DNA of 64,000 nt from a virus (IMGVR_UViG_3300010396_000001:68320-132319); one strand, 5' to 3'. Shown: positions 26,737-35,942, counted from the stretch's first letter. Numbers and translations are program-made. Notes: a model not told the origin generated them from the sequence alone.

Positions 26737-28856
26737 TGGCCATCGGGGGACTGCAGCCTGCTTTTGACCCCCTGGCGATGATGTCATCATTCGGGGAACT
26801 GCCGATTCCTGACCCGATCACCTTCGTGATCGGGGAGAGGTGGCTGAATAAGCCCAACCTGTACCCGCGCCAGGCAACATTCCTGAAGATCCTTTTCCTC
26901 CGCACTGATCTCCTGACGGATTATGATCACGAGGTCATTGCCGAGTGGATTCAGATGTTCCGGGACTCCAACCCTGATGACGAGGAGCGCGAGGACCAGT
27001 TCGACGCCCACACCCTGGGCATCCAGCCGGATATCTACGAGCGCATCGCCTGGTGCCAGGAACGCGGGTACAAGTGGTTCCGCGAGCTGATCCTCGCCAT
27101 CGGGCGCCGCGGGTCGAAGGGCTACGTAAGTGCCCTGGCGATGTCGTATGTCCTGTGGAATTACCTCGCCCTCGGTAATCCGCAGGAGCATTACGGGATC
27201 GCCCAGTCCAAGCAGATGGAAGTCATGATCTTCGCGGGGAAGCGAGATCAGGCGAAAGCCCACCTGTGGCGCGACCTCCACGACGTCATCGTGGAAAGCG
27301 AGTGCTTCACCGGCTCGATGGGCCGCAATTTCCTGTCCAAGGACGACGTGCTCCTGCTCAGCCTGTATGCCCCGTTCGACTGGGTGCGCATGCAGCGGCA
27401 GGCCGCCAAGGGGATTTACGGCGGCCAGGACATGGCCACCTTCCAGATCATGCCCAAGGAGTCCAACCCGCTGGCTGCCCGCGGGGGCGCCGGCTTCATC
27501 TTCGGCTTCGACGAGGCCGCCCACGTCAAGACCACCGGCATGACGCGCGAGTTCGGCGAGGTGTACAAGGCCGCCAAGCCCGCCCTCGACCAGTTCGGCC
27601 GGGACTCGTTCAGCTGCTTCCCCAGCTCCACCTGGGAGATGACCGGCCAGTTCTACGAGCTGTGGGTACAGTCCCTCCAGGATGACCCGCGGCAGCCCGG
27701 CGAGCCCCTGTTCCCCAACAAGCTCATGCTGCAGCTGTCCAGCTGGCACCCCTACGAGGACTGGGACCGCGCCCATCTGCTCCCGCTGTTCCCGCCCGGC
27801 TACGAGGGAGACCTCGGTGAGTACGCCGGGCAGGACCTGCCCGTGCTGCCGCCGCTGAAAGGCGCCATCCAGGCCTTCGACGAGGAAATGGAGAAGGAGG
27901 AGCGCGCTAACCCTGACACCTTCGCCGTGGAGCGCCGCTCGGCCTGGGCCACCGCGCTGGATGCTTACCTCAACCCGGCCAAGGTCAAGGAGATCTTCAC
28001 CCCGTTCACTGCCCGGCTGGAGCAGAACGGGCGCCCCGAGCTGACCGAGCAGGCCCGCGGGCCGCTCTCGATCGCCTACATCGCTCACGGCGACCCGGCC
28101 ACCGTCAACCACCGGTTCGGGTTCTGCCTCGGTCACGCCGAGACCGGCACCGACGGCATGCAGCACGCGGTCATCGACCTGGTCAACCACTGGGACCCGG
28201 CCGACTTTCCCGATCACACGATTGACTATGACCTGGTCATCGGGTGGATCTTCGAGAGTGTCGTGAAGATGTTCCAGCCGAATGAGCTGTCATTTGACCA
28301 GTTCAATGTCGTGTCCACCGTGCATGCCCTGCGGAAGAAGATTCACGACGAGCCGCTTCAGAAAAGCATCATGGTGTACGAGTCCAAGGCTACGCAGCTC
28401 ATCAACTGGGCTCGGTGGGAATGCAGCAAGGCGGCCATAAACATGGGCTACGTGCATTCTTACTCTTACCCGGAGCTGGCCTCCGAGCTGAAATTCGCCC
28501 GCAAGCCCGAGGGCATCAACAAGGTTGTTCCCCCGGACTCCGGGCCGTGCGTCACCATCGACATCGCTGATGCCTTCACGCACGTGGTCTTCTCGCTGCT
28601 GGCCGAGCAGATGAACGTCTACCTGAGTGCTGAGCTGCGCAGCCTGCGGCCGGGGACCGCCATGTCGCCCGGAGCCACGGACCCCTTCCGCCGCTTCGAT
28701 CCCGCTGATGCCCTCAGCAACCCCATGGCGGTGGCCATGTCCATGCAGGGCCGCGGGGCACTGGCCCGCGGGATGCGGCCGGGCTCGGGTGGCATGCCGC
28801 GCTCCTCGGTACCCCAGCGCGGCGCCCTGGCCCGCCGGGGACGGCATCGCTCCTAG
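26736..28856 (+). CDS. terL: terminase large subunit (ATPase + nuclease)
   Basis: Walker A-like LILAIGRRGSKGY, Walker B FIFGFDEAAH, LYPRQATFLK N-terminal motif. 706 aa. Confidence 0.8.
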   Translation: MAIGGLQPAFDPLAMMSSFGELPIPDPITFVIGERWLNKPNLYPRQATFLKILFLRTDLLTDYDHEVIAEWIQMFRDSNPDDEEREDQFDAHTLGIQPDIYERIAWCQERGYKWFRELILAIGRRGSKGYVSALAMSYVLWNYLALGNPQEHYGIAQSKQMEVMIFAGKRDQAKAHLWRDLHDVIVESECFTGSMGRNFLSKDDVLLLSLYAPFDWVRMQRQAAKGIYGGQDMATFQIMPKESNPLAARGGAGFIFGFDEAAHVKTTGMTREFGEVYKAAKPALDQFGRDSFSCFPSSTWEMTGQFYELWVQSLQDDPRQPGEPLFPNKLMLQLSSWHPYEDWDRAHLLPLFPPGYEGDLGEYAGQDLPVLPPLKGAIQAFDEEMEKEERANPDTFAVERRSAWATALDAYLNPAKVKEIFTPFTARLEQNGRPELTEQARGPLSIAYIAHGDPATVNHRFGFCLGHAETGTDGMQHAVIDLVNHWDPADFPDHTIDYDLVIGWIFESVVKMFQPNELSFDQFNVVSTVHALRKKIHDEPLQKSIMVYESKATQLINWARWECSKAAINMGYVHSYSYPELASELKFARKPEGINKVVPPDSGPCVTIDIADAFTHVVFSLLAEQMNVYLSAELRSLRPGTAMSPGATDPFRRFDPADALSNPMAVAMSMQGRGALARGMRPGSGGMPRSSVPQRGALARRGRHRS

Positions 28857-28866
28857 GACCGCCGCA

Positions 28867-28892
28867 GCCCCGGCAGGATTACCTGCCGGGGC
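28867..28892. terminator. bidirectional terminator-like hairpin between convergent terL and the rsr-like gene
   Basis: Perfect 11-bp stem GCCCCGGCAGG / CCTGCCGGGGC with loop ATTA. Confidence 0.45.
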
Positions 28893-28925
28893 CGCGGTGG
28901 TCAAGGCTCGCCGTGGCTGACTTTA

Positions 28926-30668
28926 TCAGGCCCGCAGGTCCTGCGCGGGCCGGGCCGTGCGGACCACCGGGCGCACCGGCTGGTCCGGGGCCGGGACCTC
29001 GAACGGCCAGGGCGCGTCACGGCCGCGCTCCAGCAGGCTCATCTGGGTGAAGGCGCCGTCACCCAGTCCGGCCAGCAGGTGGCGGGTTGGCCCCGTCGGG
29101 ATCGCCCCGTAGGTGTACCCGGCCAGGTTCCACATGTAGACCGGGGTGTCCTTCGGGATGAGCTTGTCGATCTCCGTCGGTGCCCGGCCGCCCCGGCCGT
29201 AGCCGTGCATGTTCGAGGGCAGCAGGCCCGCCCGGGTCTGCTCGTCGGTGATGATGACGACCCGGTCATGCCCGTGCAGGTGACTGACCACGGCCGAGGG
29301 GATGTCGGTGCCCGACTCCAGCCGGCCAGACCCGTCGCCCTTGCCGAACCGCTCAACGACCTTCAGCACGGACTCGCCCCTGCTGAAGGGCACGGCGCCG
29401 GAGCGCCCGCTGAACTCGACCAGGTCGGCATGCTGCGCCCGGACGGCCAGCGCCGCGCCGAAGATGGCCGCGCCATCGGCCCAGTTCATCTTCGAGCGCT
29501 TGCTCATGTTCTTTTCCCACATGGACAGCGAGCGGTCCACCAGGATGAGCGTGTACCCGCTCAGGGCCGGGACATGCGACAGGGACTGGTTCAGCGCCCG
29601 CTCCAGGGGATAGGCCCACCGCAGTGACGCTGCGGCCCGGTAGGCCGCCAGGAAGCGGAACGGGAACTGCCGCGAGTTCGCGACCGCCTCGGGGGCCGAC
29701 AGGCGCATGGCCACCTGCTCCGCCACCTCGTCGGGCACTCCCGCCTGGTCGAAGTTGCGCAGGTTGCGCAGCAGGGCCATGTAGCCCATCGACGGGATGC
29801 AGGCCTGCCACGCCGCTGCGTCCATCGGGCCCTGCAGCCAGCCGGAGACCGCCTCCCACTTGATGCCCGCGTCGGCGATGCGCTGGGCGCCGCCGGGCGA
29901 GACCAGGAACGCGCGCCGCTCCTCCCGCGGCATCGCGAAGATGCGCCGGGCCGCCGCGATGACCGGCAGGTGCTCCAGCATGGCCGCGTCCGGGCTGGAG
30001 TGCACCCGGTCGGTGATGTCGCGCCCGTGCCGGGTCATGATCGCGTAGCGGTACAGGTGATCGCGCCAGGTGCCGTAGGCCTCGCGATTGTACCGGGGCC
30101 GCGACAGCTCGATGACGTCTCCGAATCGCAGCGCCGCCTCGGCCGAGTCGTCACGCAGCAGGGCCCGCTCGGTGTACAGGCGGAAGACGCCGTCGGCGAT
30201 CCCGCGCTGGAACGCATGCGGGGCCTTGCGGCCGTAATTGGCCAGCCAGTAGGCCCAGGCCTCGCCGGGCTCATCCCCGCGCTGCAGCACGCCGTCGAGC
30301 AGGAAGCGCCCGTAGGGCGCCTGCCTGGCGACGCTGCGGGCGCGGACGACCTCGGCGGCGGCCAGGACCGGGGCCGAGCGCATGTTGCCCTCCAGCCGCA
30401 GCCAGGGCAGGAAGCCGCGCATCCAGTCATAGTCAGCCAGGCCGACCTGCCGGATCAGGTCGCGGAAGCGGCCGTCGCGGGTCATGGCGTTCTCGTGGTG
30501 GGTGTCCTCGCCGACGAAGTTCGAGACGCCCAGCATGAACAGGGCGCTCTTCTCGTCGCGGGCATAGCCGGGATGGCCGAGCGCGGTGCGCCCCGAGGGA
30601 TCGGCCTCGGCGGCCAGCGGGCCGCGGACGGCGGCCTGGACCTTCTGCTTGTTGAACTTGCCGGGCAT
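28926..30668 (-). CDS. rsr: Ro60/Rsr-like RNA-binding protein (TROVE-like N-region + C-terminal vWA with MIDAS)
   Basis: 581-aa minus-strand CDS from the ATG (reverse complement of 30666-30668) with RBS CAGGAGGAG. C-terminal LILVDRSLSMW (DxSxS). Sits next to tRNA-like ncRNA modules. The upstream part of ORF 28926..30830 is rejected as translation of the ncRNA. Confidence 0.6.
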   Translation of the reverse strand: MPGKFNKQKVQAAVRGPLAAEADPSGRTALGHPGYARDEKSALFMLGVSNFVGEDTHHENAMTRDGRFRDLIRQVGLADYDWMRGFLPWLRLEGNMRSAPVLAAAEVVRARSVARQAPYGRFLLDGVLQRGDEPGEAWAYWLANYGRKAPHAFQRGIADGVFRLYTERALLRDDSAEAALRFGDVIELSRPRYNREAYGTWRDHLYRYAIMTRHGRDITDRVHSSPDAAMLEHLPVIAAARRIFAMPREERRAFLVSPGGAQRIADAGIKWEAVSGWLQGPMDAAAWQACIPSMGYMALLRNLRNFDQAGVPDEVAEQVAMRLSAPEAVANSRQFPFRFLAAYRAAASLRWAYPLERALNQSLSHVPALSGYTLILVDRSLSMWEKNMSKRSKMNWADGAAIFGAALAVRAQHADLVEFSGRSGAVPFSRGESVLKVVERFGKGDGSGRLESGTDIPSAVVSHLHGHDRVVIITDEQTRAGLLPSNMHGYGRGGRAPTEIDKLIPKDTPVYMWNLAGYTYGAIPTGPTRHLLAGLGDGAFTQMSLLERGRDAPWPFEVPAPDQPVRPVVRTARPAQDLRA

Positions 30669-30719
30669 GTGCTCCTCCTGCAGCAAGGGGGAGGGCCCTG
30701 GCTTTCCCTCATAACGGGA

Positions 30720-30935
30720 CAGCGACATGACCGAGAACGAGTCGGCGAAAGAACCTGCTAGACCATTGCTCTGCCAAGCTGAGCTACGTCCCGGTTTCCC
30801 GGGACGACAGGACTTGAACCTGCGACCCACGGTGGGATGAAGTAACTCTCACCTGCAGTCCGGTCACATCGCTATCCAGTTATGGGGCCCCGGAACGGGA
30901 TAGGAGCGCAGCGAAAACGATTCGGCGGCGGCATG
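30720..30935 (-). ncRNA. YrlA-type Y-RNA-like ncRNA with a permuted tRNA-like module (T-arm, GAAA-capped acceptor-like hairpin, D-arm)
   Basis: Minus strand reads GCAGGTTCAAGTCCTGT (T-arm), CGTCCCGG-gaaa-CCGGGACG, TAGCTCAGCTTGGCAGAGCA (D-arm) at 30755-30835. Flanked by gaagtaaC...cagtccgg and CCGA-nAACGAg-TCGG hairpin motifs. Confidence 0.5.
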
Positions 30936-30999
30936 CGCCTCTCCCAAAGAAGTAGCCGTTGCCATGCAGTCCGCTGCACCGCTATCCAGTTCGGGGTGG

Positions 31000-31190
31000 G
31001 TGCCGATAACGAGTCGGCTGAGGAAACGTAGCGCTCTGCCAATTGAGCTACGCCCCGGTACCCCAGGGCGACGGGGCTCGAACCCGCACCTCTCACTTAT
31101 CAGGTGAAGTAACCCCTGCCTGTCAGTCCGGCACCCGCTAAGCCTTGAGCCCTCCCGATAACGAGTCGGCGGCGGTCTTGGCCTTCGAGC
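31000..31190 (-). ncRNA. second Y-RNA-like ncRNA with a permuted tRNA-like module
   Basis: Minus strand at 31025-31100: GTGCGGGTTCGAGCCCCGT (T-arm-like), CGCCCTGG-ggta-CCGGGGCG hairpin, TAGCTCAATTGGCAGAGCG (D-arm). Same flanking repeat motifs as unit 1. Confidence 0.45.
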
Positions 31191-31327
31191 AAAGAAGTAA
31201 CCGTTGCCATAGCAGTCCGGGAGGACCTGCAGGAGTCAACGTACCTGAGGGATGTGAGCCGCGCAAGCCATTAGGCAACATCCGGGTGCTAGCATCCTTG
31301 CCAGCCTCATGACGGAAGGAGGACGAG

Positions 31328-31531
31328 GTGCCGGAGATCATTATCCTGCTCGTGGCTCTCATGGCCGTGGTCGCCGGCGTGCCCGTGACCGTGATCATCC
31401 TCCGGGCCCGGAGGAAGCCGCCCGTGCTGAGTGCCTACGAGCAGCATGTGGACAACTTCATCCGGACCGGTGACTGGGCCGAGCTGGACCGGGCGACTGA
31501 CGAGATAGGTAACGAAGACAGTAAGGAGTGA
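31328..31531 (+). CDS. small membrane protein (one TM helix)
   Basis: GTG start with RBS GGAAGGAGGA. IIILLVALMAVVAGVPVTVIIL hydrophobic segment. Confidence 0.5.
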   Translation: MPEIIILLVALMAVVAGVPVTVIILRARRKPPVLSAYEQHVDNFIRTGDWAELDRATDEIGNEDSKE

Positions 31532-31534
31532 TTC

Positions 31535-32473
31535 ATGTTCTGGTTCTTTCTGGCGGTAGTTGTATTCCTGGGATGCCTCGGCTGCGTAGTGGGCGCTTTG
31601 GCTTCCCAGGATAAGAGGATGGCGGCTGGCGGCGCGGCAGTTATCTGCCTGATCGTTGCTCTTATCCTGTTCTTCATCAGCGGCATCAGGGAAGTGCCGA
31701 ATAAGAGCATCGGCGTCCCGACCTCGATTGGCAAGGTGGGTACCGTCATGCGGCCCGGCCTGCACCATACGGCGCCGTGGACGCGGGTGAACATTCTTCC
31801 CGAGACCGTTCAGACGACGACCTTCGAGGGCTGCCAGGGCGCATTCTGCACGGGCAGCCATCCCACGCACGGGAACTGCCTGGAAGTCCGGATCGGCGGC
31901 CAGCAGACCGCCTGCCTGGACGTCACCATCCAGTGGCGCATTCTCGATTCCGGCGGCCCCGGCCTGTACAACAACTACGGCTCCTCGGGCAACGGCAGCG
32001 TGATCAGCGACATCACCAACGCCGTGGTGGTCCGCGAGCTGAAGTCCGTGGTCAACGCGCAGATGGGCGACTATAACCCGATCCAGGACGTGGCCGCGAA
32101 CGCGACCAGCGGGAACAGCCAGTTCTCCAAGTTCGGCCCGAAGGTCCTCGCGCAGATGCGCAAGGACCTGGCTGGCCGGATCAAGGTGCTGAGCCTGTAC
32201 ATGCCGCTGCTGCGGTACGACGAGGCGACGCAGGCGCGCCTGAATTCCATTCAGGCGCAGTATGCCGAGACGGCCATTGCCGAGCAGCTGAAGAAGACCA
32301 ACGAGGCGCAGGCAGCGGCCAATGCTGCCATCACCAGGTCGCTCAGCCAGGCGGACCTGACTTACCTGTGCCTGCAGATTGTGCAGAATGCAGAGAAGTC
32401 CGGGTACGGCGGCCTGCCGGCCACGCTCAACTGCGTCGGGTCAGGTTCCGGCCTGGTGGCCGTCAAGGGCTGA
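31535..32473 (+). CDS. SPFH/band-7 (stomatin/prohibitin/HflKC-like) membrane protein
   Basis: N-terminal TM (FWFFLAVVVFLGCLGCVVGALA), then IREVPNKSIGVPTSIGKVGTVMRPGLHHTAPWTRVNILPETVQTTTF, typical of band-7 cores. C-terminal Ala/Gln-rich coiled coil. Confidence 0.7.
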   Translation: MFWFFLAVVVFLGCLGCVVGALASQDKRMAAGGAAVICLIVALILFFISGIREVPNKSIGVPTSIGKVGTVMRPGLHHTAPWTRVNILPETVQTTTFEGCQGAFCTGSHPTHGNCLEVRIGGQQTACLDVTIQWRILDSGGPGLYNNYGSSGNGSVISDITNAVVVRELKSVVNAQMGDYNPIQDVAANATSGNSQFSKFGPKVLAQMRKDLAGRIKVLSLYMPLLRYDEATQARLNSIQAQYAETAIAEQLKKTNEAQAAANAAITRSLSQADLTYLCLQIVQNAEKSGYGGLPATLNCVGSGSGLVAVKG

Positions 32474-32597
32474 GCTGGTTCTCTGGCGTCACGCTGCTAT
32501 CATCATTGTCAGTCAGCTGACGATGAGCACGGGCCCCGGGTTAGGCGCTGCTGACCCGGGGCCCTCGTGTTTCCTGCATTCCGGGGAGGAGAGGCAA

Positions 32598-32846
32598 ATG
32601 TCGGCATCATCCTACGGATGCACTGTCTGCGGTCATCCGAAAGCACTGCACTCGAACGGGAGGACAGCCTGCCGGGCCACCGGGTGCAGCGTGTCGCCGG
32701 ACGGCGCCCCGTGCCCGCACTTTGTTGGCGCCGTGCCCGAGCAGCAGCTGGAGGGGAGCTTAGTTGGCGGCTCCCAGGATCACCACGCCGGTCGGCTCGG
32801 CCGCCGCGGGCGCGGCCGTGGCCACGATCTCCTTCTGGCTCCTTAG
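32598..32846 (+). CDS. small zinc-ribbon-like protein (uncertain)
   Basis: RBS GGGGAGGAGAGG. CTVCGH...CRATGC...CPH motif. The C-terminal tail is low complexity and overlaps the next gene. Confidence 0.3.
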   Translation: MSASSYGCTVCGHPKALHSNGRTACRATGCSVSPDGAPCPHFVGAVPEQQLEGSLVGGSQDHHAGRLGRRGRGRGHDLLLAP

Positions 32847-33249
32847 CCTGTGGCCCGCCTGGCACCATGCTCCCCTGGAGGTCCAGGGCGCTACTGAGAC
32901 GCTGATCGGCGCCGGGACGACCTACATGGCCGGGTGGCTCAAGGTCGTGCTCACGCCGGGCCAGAAGGCCGCTATGGAGCTGACCTCGGGCCCGCTGCCC
33001 ACCCTGCAGCCCAGCCAGCCGCTTCAGCGCGTGCTGTCGGCCGCCGCGGACCTGCCGAGCCCCGTCCAGCCCTGGACGGGCCCCGTGCCTGATGAGCTGA
33101 CGCAGCGGCTGCGTGCCGAGCTGGACGGGGCGTTCAGCTCGCCGGGCCGGCATGATCTCAGGGCTCCTGGCGCATCGCCCGCAGCTGGGCCCAGCACGTC
33201 CCCGCCGGAGGAGCAGCTGCCCCTCCCGCCTCATTCCGGTTCATCCTGA
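32764..33249 (+). CDS. membrane protein (TTG start, one TM helix), uncertain
   Basis: TTG directly after an in-frame stop, with RBS GGAGGGGAG 8 nt upstream. High GC3. AAVATISFWLLSLWPAW hydrophobic segment. Confidence 0.4.
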   Translation: MAAPRITTPVGSAAAGAAVATISFWLLSLWPAWHHAPLEVQGATETLIGAGTTYMAGWLKVVLTPGQKAAMELTSGPLPTLQPSQPLQRVLSAAADLPSPVQPWTGPVPDELTQRLRAELDGAFSSPGRHDLRAPGASPAAGPSTSPPEEQLPLPPHSGSS

Positions 33250-33505
33250 CTCCTCGCCAGCCGGGCTCCAGGTAGGCCGCCAGGGCCTCCAGGCTGCCGA
33301 TGATATTGTCCAGCCCGGCCCGCGCAGTCGTCCAGCGCATCTGCTCGGTGGCCACGTACTCCCGCAGCTGCATAGCCGACTGGCTGGCATACAGGAGCGT
33401 ATGACGTGTCTCCGTGACCTGGCCGCGAGTCAGCAGCACATGATCGTTTGCCCGGTGCAGGGCCCGCAGCTCGGCCAGCAGCTGCATCTCGCGGTCGTGG
33501 CTCAC
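33158..33505 (-). CDS. hypothetical protein (last gene of the minus-strand operon)
   Basis: GTGA overlap with the upstream HTH gene. The C-terminal part of the long antisense-looking ORF 33158..34180 has protein-like sequence from here only. Confidence 0.35.
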   Translation of the reverse strand: MSHDREMQLLAELRALHRANDHVLLTRGQVTETRHTLLYASQSAMQLREYVATEQMRWTTARAGLDNIIGSLEALAAYLEPGWRGVRMNRNEAGGAAAPPAGTCWAQLRAMRQEP

Positions 33506-33687
33506 CTGCGCTCCTGCCCGGCGGCTGCCTCCTCGCGCCAGGTCCGGCGCCAGCGGCAGATGGTGCGCTGATTGACTCCGACCCGCCGGGCGGCCTCGCG
33601 GACCGTGAGCCGGTCCCCGCCGATGAGGAAGTAGTCCTCCTGGCGGCTGAGCTTGCGCTCGTGCGAGATGATGGCGCCCTTGTTCAT
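33502..33687 (-). CDS. small helix-turn-helix DNA-binding protein
   Basis: LTVREAARRVGVNQRTICRWRR HTH. ATGA overlap with the upstream gene. Confidence 0.5.
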   Translation of the reverse strand: MNKGAIISHERKLSRQEDYFLIGGDRLTVREAARRVGVNQRTICRWRRTWREEAAAGQERR

Positions 33688-34349
33688 GCCGTCTTGTCTT
33701 GCCGCGCCTGGCGGGAGTCCAGCCACGCCAGTACCTCCCGTCCGCAGTTTGCCAGCATTGAGCGCGCCGCTGGCCCCAGCAGTTCCGGATTGTTGCCGCC
33801 TTCTGCCCAGCCCTCGGCCATGATCCGCAGTTCGTGCGTGCCGCCGGGCTGCCAGGTGAAGTCGGCCTCCTGGCGGCCGGCGGGATTGCTGACCTCGATC
33901 TTCTCGACCCAGAAGCTCGTCTCGCGCATCTGGGGATAGAAGGTGCGGTTCTTGTCGTCGCCTGAGGGAGCGGCTGCCCGGTAAGCCACCCAGATGACCA
34001 GCTGCCCGGACTCAGGGTAGTTATGGCTCGGCGCCCACAGGAAATAGCCGGGGATGATGGTGGTGCTCTCTGTCTCGCTGCGGGCCCAGGCCAGGAATTT
34101 TTCCTCAGCTGCCGCCTGGGCGTCGAGCTGCGTGGTCCAGAGGGAGTCCGTGGGATCCCCTGGCCAGCGCGTGCCGTCATCAGGATCGGGCTCCGGGGTC
34201 TTGTAGCTGCAGGCAGCCCAGATCGCAGTCAGGGGGATATCCGGGGGGCGGAGCAGCGGACTGAGGTAGCTGTTCAGCTCTCCCCCGACATTCAGGTCAG
34301 CAGAGTCGGTGATCTTCAGGATCGTGGACACGACTTGATCGATGAACAT
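33684..34349 (-). CDS. hypothetical protein
   Basis: ATG (reverse complement of 34347-34349) with RBS GGAGGA. 221 aa. Confidence 0.55.
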   Translation of the reverse strand: MFIDQVVSTILKITDSADLNVGGELNSYLSPLLRPPDIPLTAIWAACSYKTPEPDPDDGTRWPGDPTDSLWTTQLDAQAAAEEKFLAWARSETESTTIIPGYFLWAPSHNYPESGQLVIWVAYRAAAPSGDDKNRTFYPQMRETSFWVEKIEVSNPAGRQEADFTWQPGGTHELRIMAEGWAEGGNNPELLGPAARSMLANCGREVLAWLDSRQARQDKTA

Positions 34350-34351
34350 GA

Positions 34352-34903
34352 TTATTCCTCCGGGGCATTCAGGATCAGGCAGATCGCCTCGGCCTTCAGG
34401 CGGCTGATGCCGCGGAGCACGAGAGCCGAGCGCCCGAACTCGTCTTCTTTTACTCCCTCGCCATTCCACGGTGGGATGGCGACAATCTCGATCTCGCCCG
34501 GCGCGCAGCCTGCCGTGCTGTTGCCATTCACCTGGTAGCGCGTTCCCGTCTCGTGCTGGCTCGTGACGGCATAGATCTTCTTCACCAGTCCCACTCCCGT
34601 TTCGCCGGGCCCGAGGCTGTTACGGGAGCGCACCAGCTCGACGATCGGGGCCACCCAGGGCGCCCGGTCGCCGAAGATGGCCATGGAGGCGTCGTGCCCG
34701 GTGGGAGTGCCGTCCTGCAGGTGCCATTTCCCGCGCACGCTGATCCTCGGCTCGTTATCCCCGCGGCGCATGGCGACGAAGATCATGGACGGCCGCAGCA
34801 GGCGGCGGGCGCGCCCGTGCCAGGCCACGTCAGGCCAGTCGTCATCCGGGTCGCGGCGGATCCGCAGCGTCCACTTCTCCTCGTGCTCGATCTCGCTGTT
34901 CAC
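34352..34903 (-). CDS. hypothetical protein
   Basis: 183-aa ORF, coupled. Confidence 0.55.
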   Translation of the reverse strand: MNSEIEHEEKWTLRIRRDPDDDWPDVAWHGRARRLLRPSMIFVAMRRGDNEPRISVRGKWHLQDGTPTGHDASMAIFGDRAPWVAPIVELVRSRNSLGPGETGVGLVKKIYAVTSQHETGTRYQVNGNSTAGCAPGEIEIVAIPPWNGEGVKEDEFGRSALVLRGISRLKAEAICLILNAPEE

Positions 34904-35535
34904 CGGTACAGCCCTCCGGGATTGCGGTCGGTAACCATGCCGAGGATGTCGATGGGCACGAGTGCCTTCAGCTCAGGGGTGTCATCCATGGCCGCGATGA
35001 TCTCGCCCGCCGGCCAGTCCCGCACGGGGCAGTGGGCCAGGAAGCCCCAGCCCCTGATGTCCAGCGGCCCCAGCATGTCCAGGAAGGACTGCGCCAGCCC
35101 GGACAGGGGCTGAGCGGGGGTCAGCTCGATGACCGCTCCCCTGGCATTCTCCGGCCTGCCATAGGCCCAGATTGAGCCTGCGCCGTGCGGCCGGTGCGGC
35201 AGCCGGTGAGCCATGCTCACCACGATCGGGTCGGCATCGGCCAGCAGCGGGCTGTCGCCGCCGTGCTCGCGGGCCATCGAGGGCGTGATCGTCGGATCGA
35301 CGATGATCGCCTGGCCGTCATAGACGTCGTCACCGAGCACGATCCAGGAGTGCTGGCTGCGCACGCCCGGCGCCCTCCCGCGGGCTATCCGGCCCGGGCC
35401 GAACTCGCCGGTGCGCAGGATGGCCAGCGCAATCTGGTGGCACTTGCCGGCCCACTTGCTGTAGGGCACCCCGATCAGCCCTGCGAGCCGCTCGGCATCT
35501 GAGGCGATGGCCCGTGCCTCGATCAGCTCCATCAC
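34900..35535 (-). CDS. transglutaminase-like cysteine peptidase domain protein (Cys-His-Asp)
   Basis: GKCHQIALAILRTGEFGPGRIARG...HSWIVLGDD...IVDPT resembles the transglutaminase-like core motifs. Confidence 0.5.
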   Translation of the reverse strand: MMELIEARAIASDAERLAGLIGVPYSKWAGKCHQIALAILRTGEFGPGRIARGRAPGVRSQHSWIVLGDDVYDGQAIIVDPTITPSMAREHGGDSPLLADADPIVVSMAHRLPHRPHGAGSIWAYGRPENARGAVIELTPAQPLSGLAQSFLDMLGPLDIRGWGFLAHCPVRDWPAGEIIAAMDDTPELKALVPIDILGMVTDRNPGGLYR

Positions 35536-35942
35536 AGCACGTCGCTGTCCAGGTCCCGGAGCAGCCGCTCCCAGTCCTCAGTGGACATGTGGTCGATGTT
35601 GTAGCCGTGGTCAGCCATGGCTGCCCTGACCTCGGCATGGCGGCGGCCGGCCGAGCACCATGCGCACGCCCTCCAGGTCTCGCCTGCCTTGTGGTAGATC
35701 ACGTGGGAGGCCTCGTTGAGCAGCGCGATAGGAAATTCGATGGCCAGGATCTCGGTCATCAGCTCCTGCCTGGTGACCGGGCCGCCTGAGATCAGCTCGC
35801 TGCCCTGCCTGCGCACGTGGTCGCGGTAGCGGTCGCGCAGGCTCGGCGCCGTCTTGCGGGCGAGTACCTTGGCCCGGTCGTCATGAGCGGTGCGGTACTC
35901 CAGCGCCGACTCAATGGTGGGGAAGTTCTCGGTGGTGCTCAT
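35532..35942 (-). CDS. hypothetical protein
   Basis: 136-aa ORF, coupled. Confidence 0.55.
   Translation of the reverse strand: MSTTENFPTIESALEYRTAHDDRAKVLARKTAPSLRDRYRDHVRRQGSELISGGPVTRQELMTEILAIEFPIALLNEASHVIYHKAGETWRACAWCSAGRRHAEVRAAMADHGYNIDHMSTEDWERLLRDLDSDVL

Noticed and set aside
28926-30830. 634-aa version of the rsr-like ORF starting at 30830
   Set aside because: The first 54 codons are a translation of the tRNA-like ncRNA module. The ATG at 30668 has a good RBS and gives a 581-aa product closer to typical Ro60 size.
30755-31100. Canonical tRNA genes
   Set aside because: T-arm precedes the D-arm, with an acceptor-like hairpin capped by a tetraloop between them and no anticodon arm in tRNA order. 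This is a permuted tRNA mimic (Y-RNA/YrlA-like), not a functional tRNA.
33158-34180. 340-aa minus ORF spanning two real genes
   Set aside because: Its middle part is antisense low-complexity sequence. Only the C-terminal 115 codons, after a GTGA junction with the HTH gene, were kept, and with low confidence.
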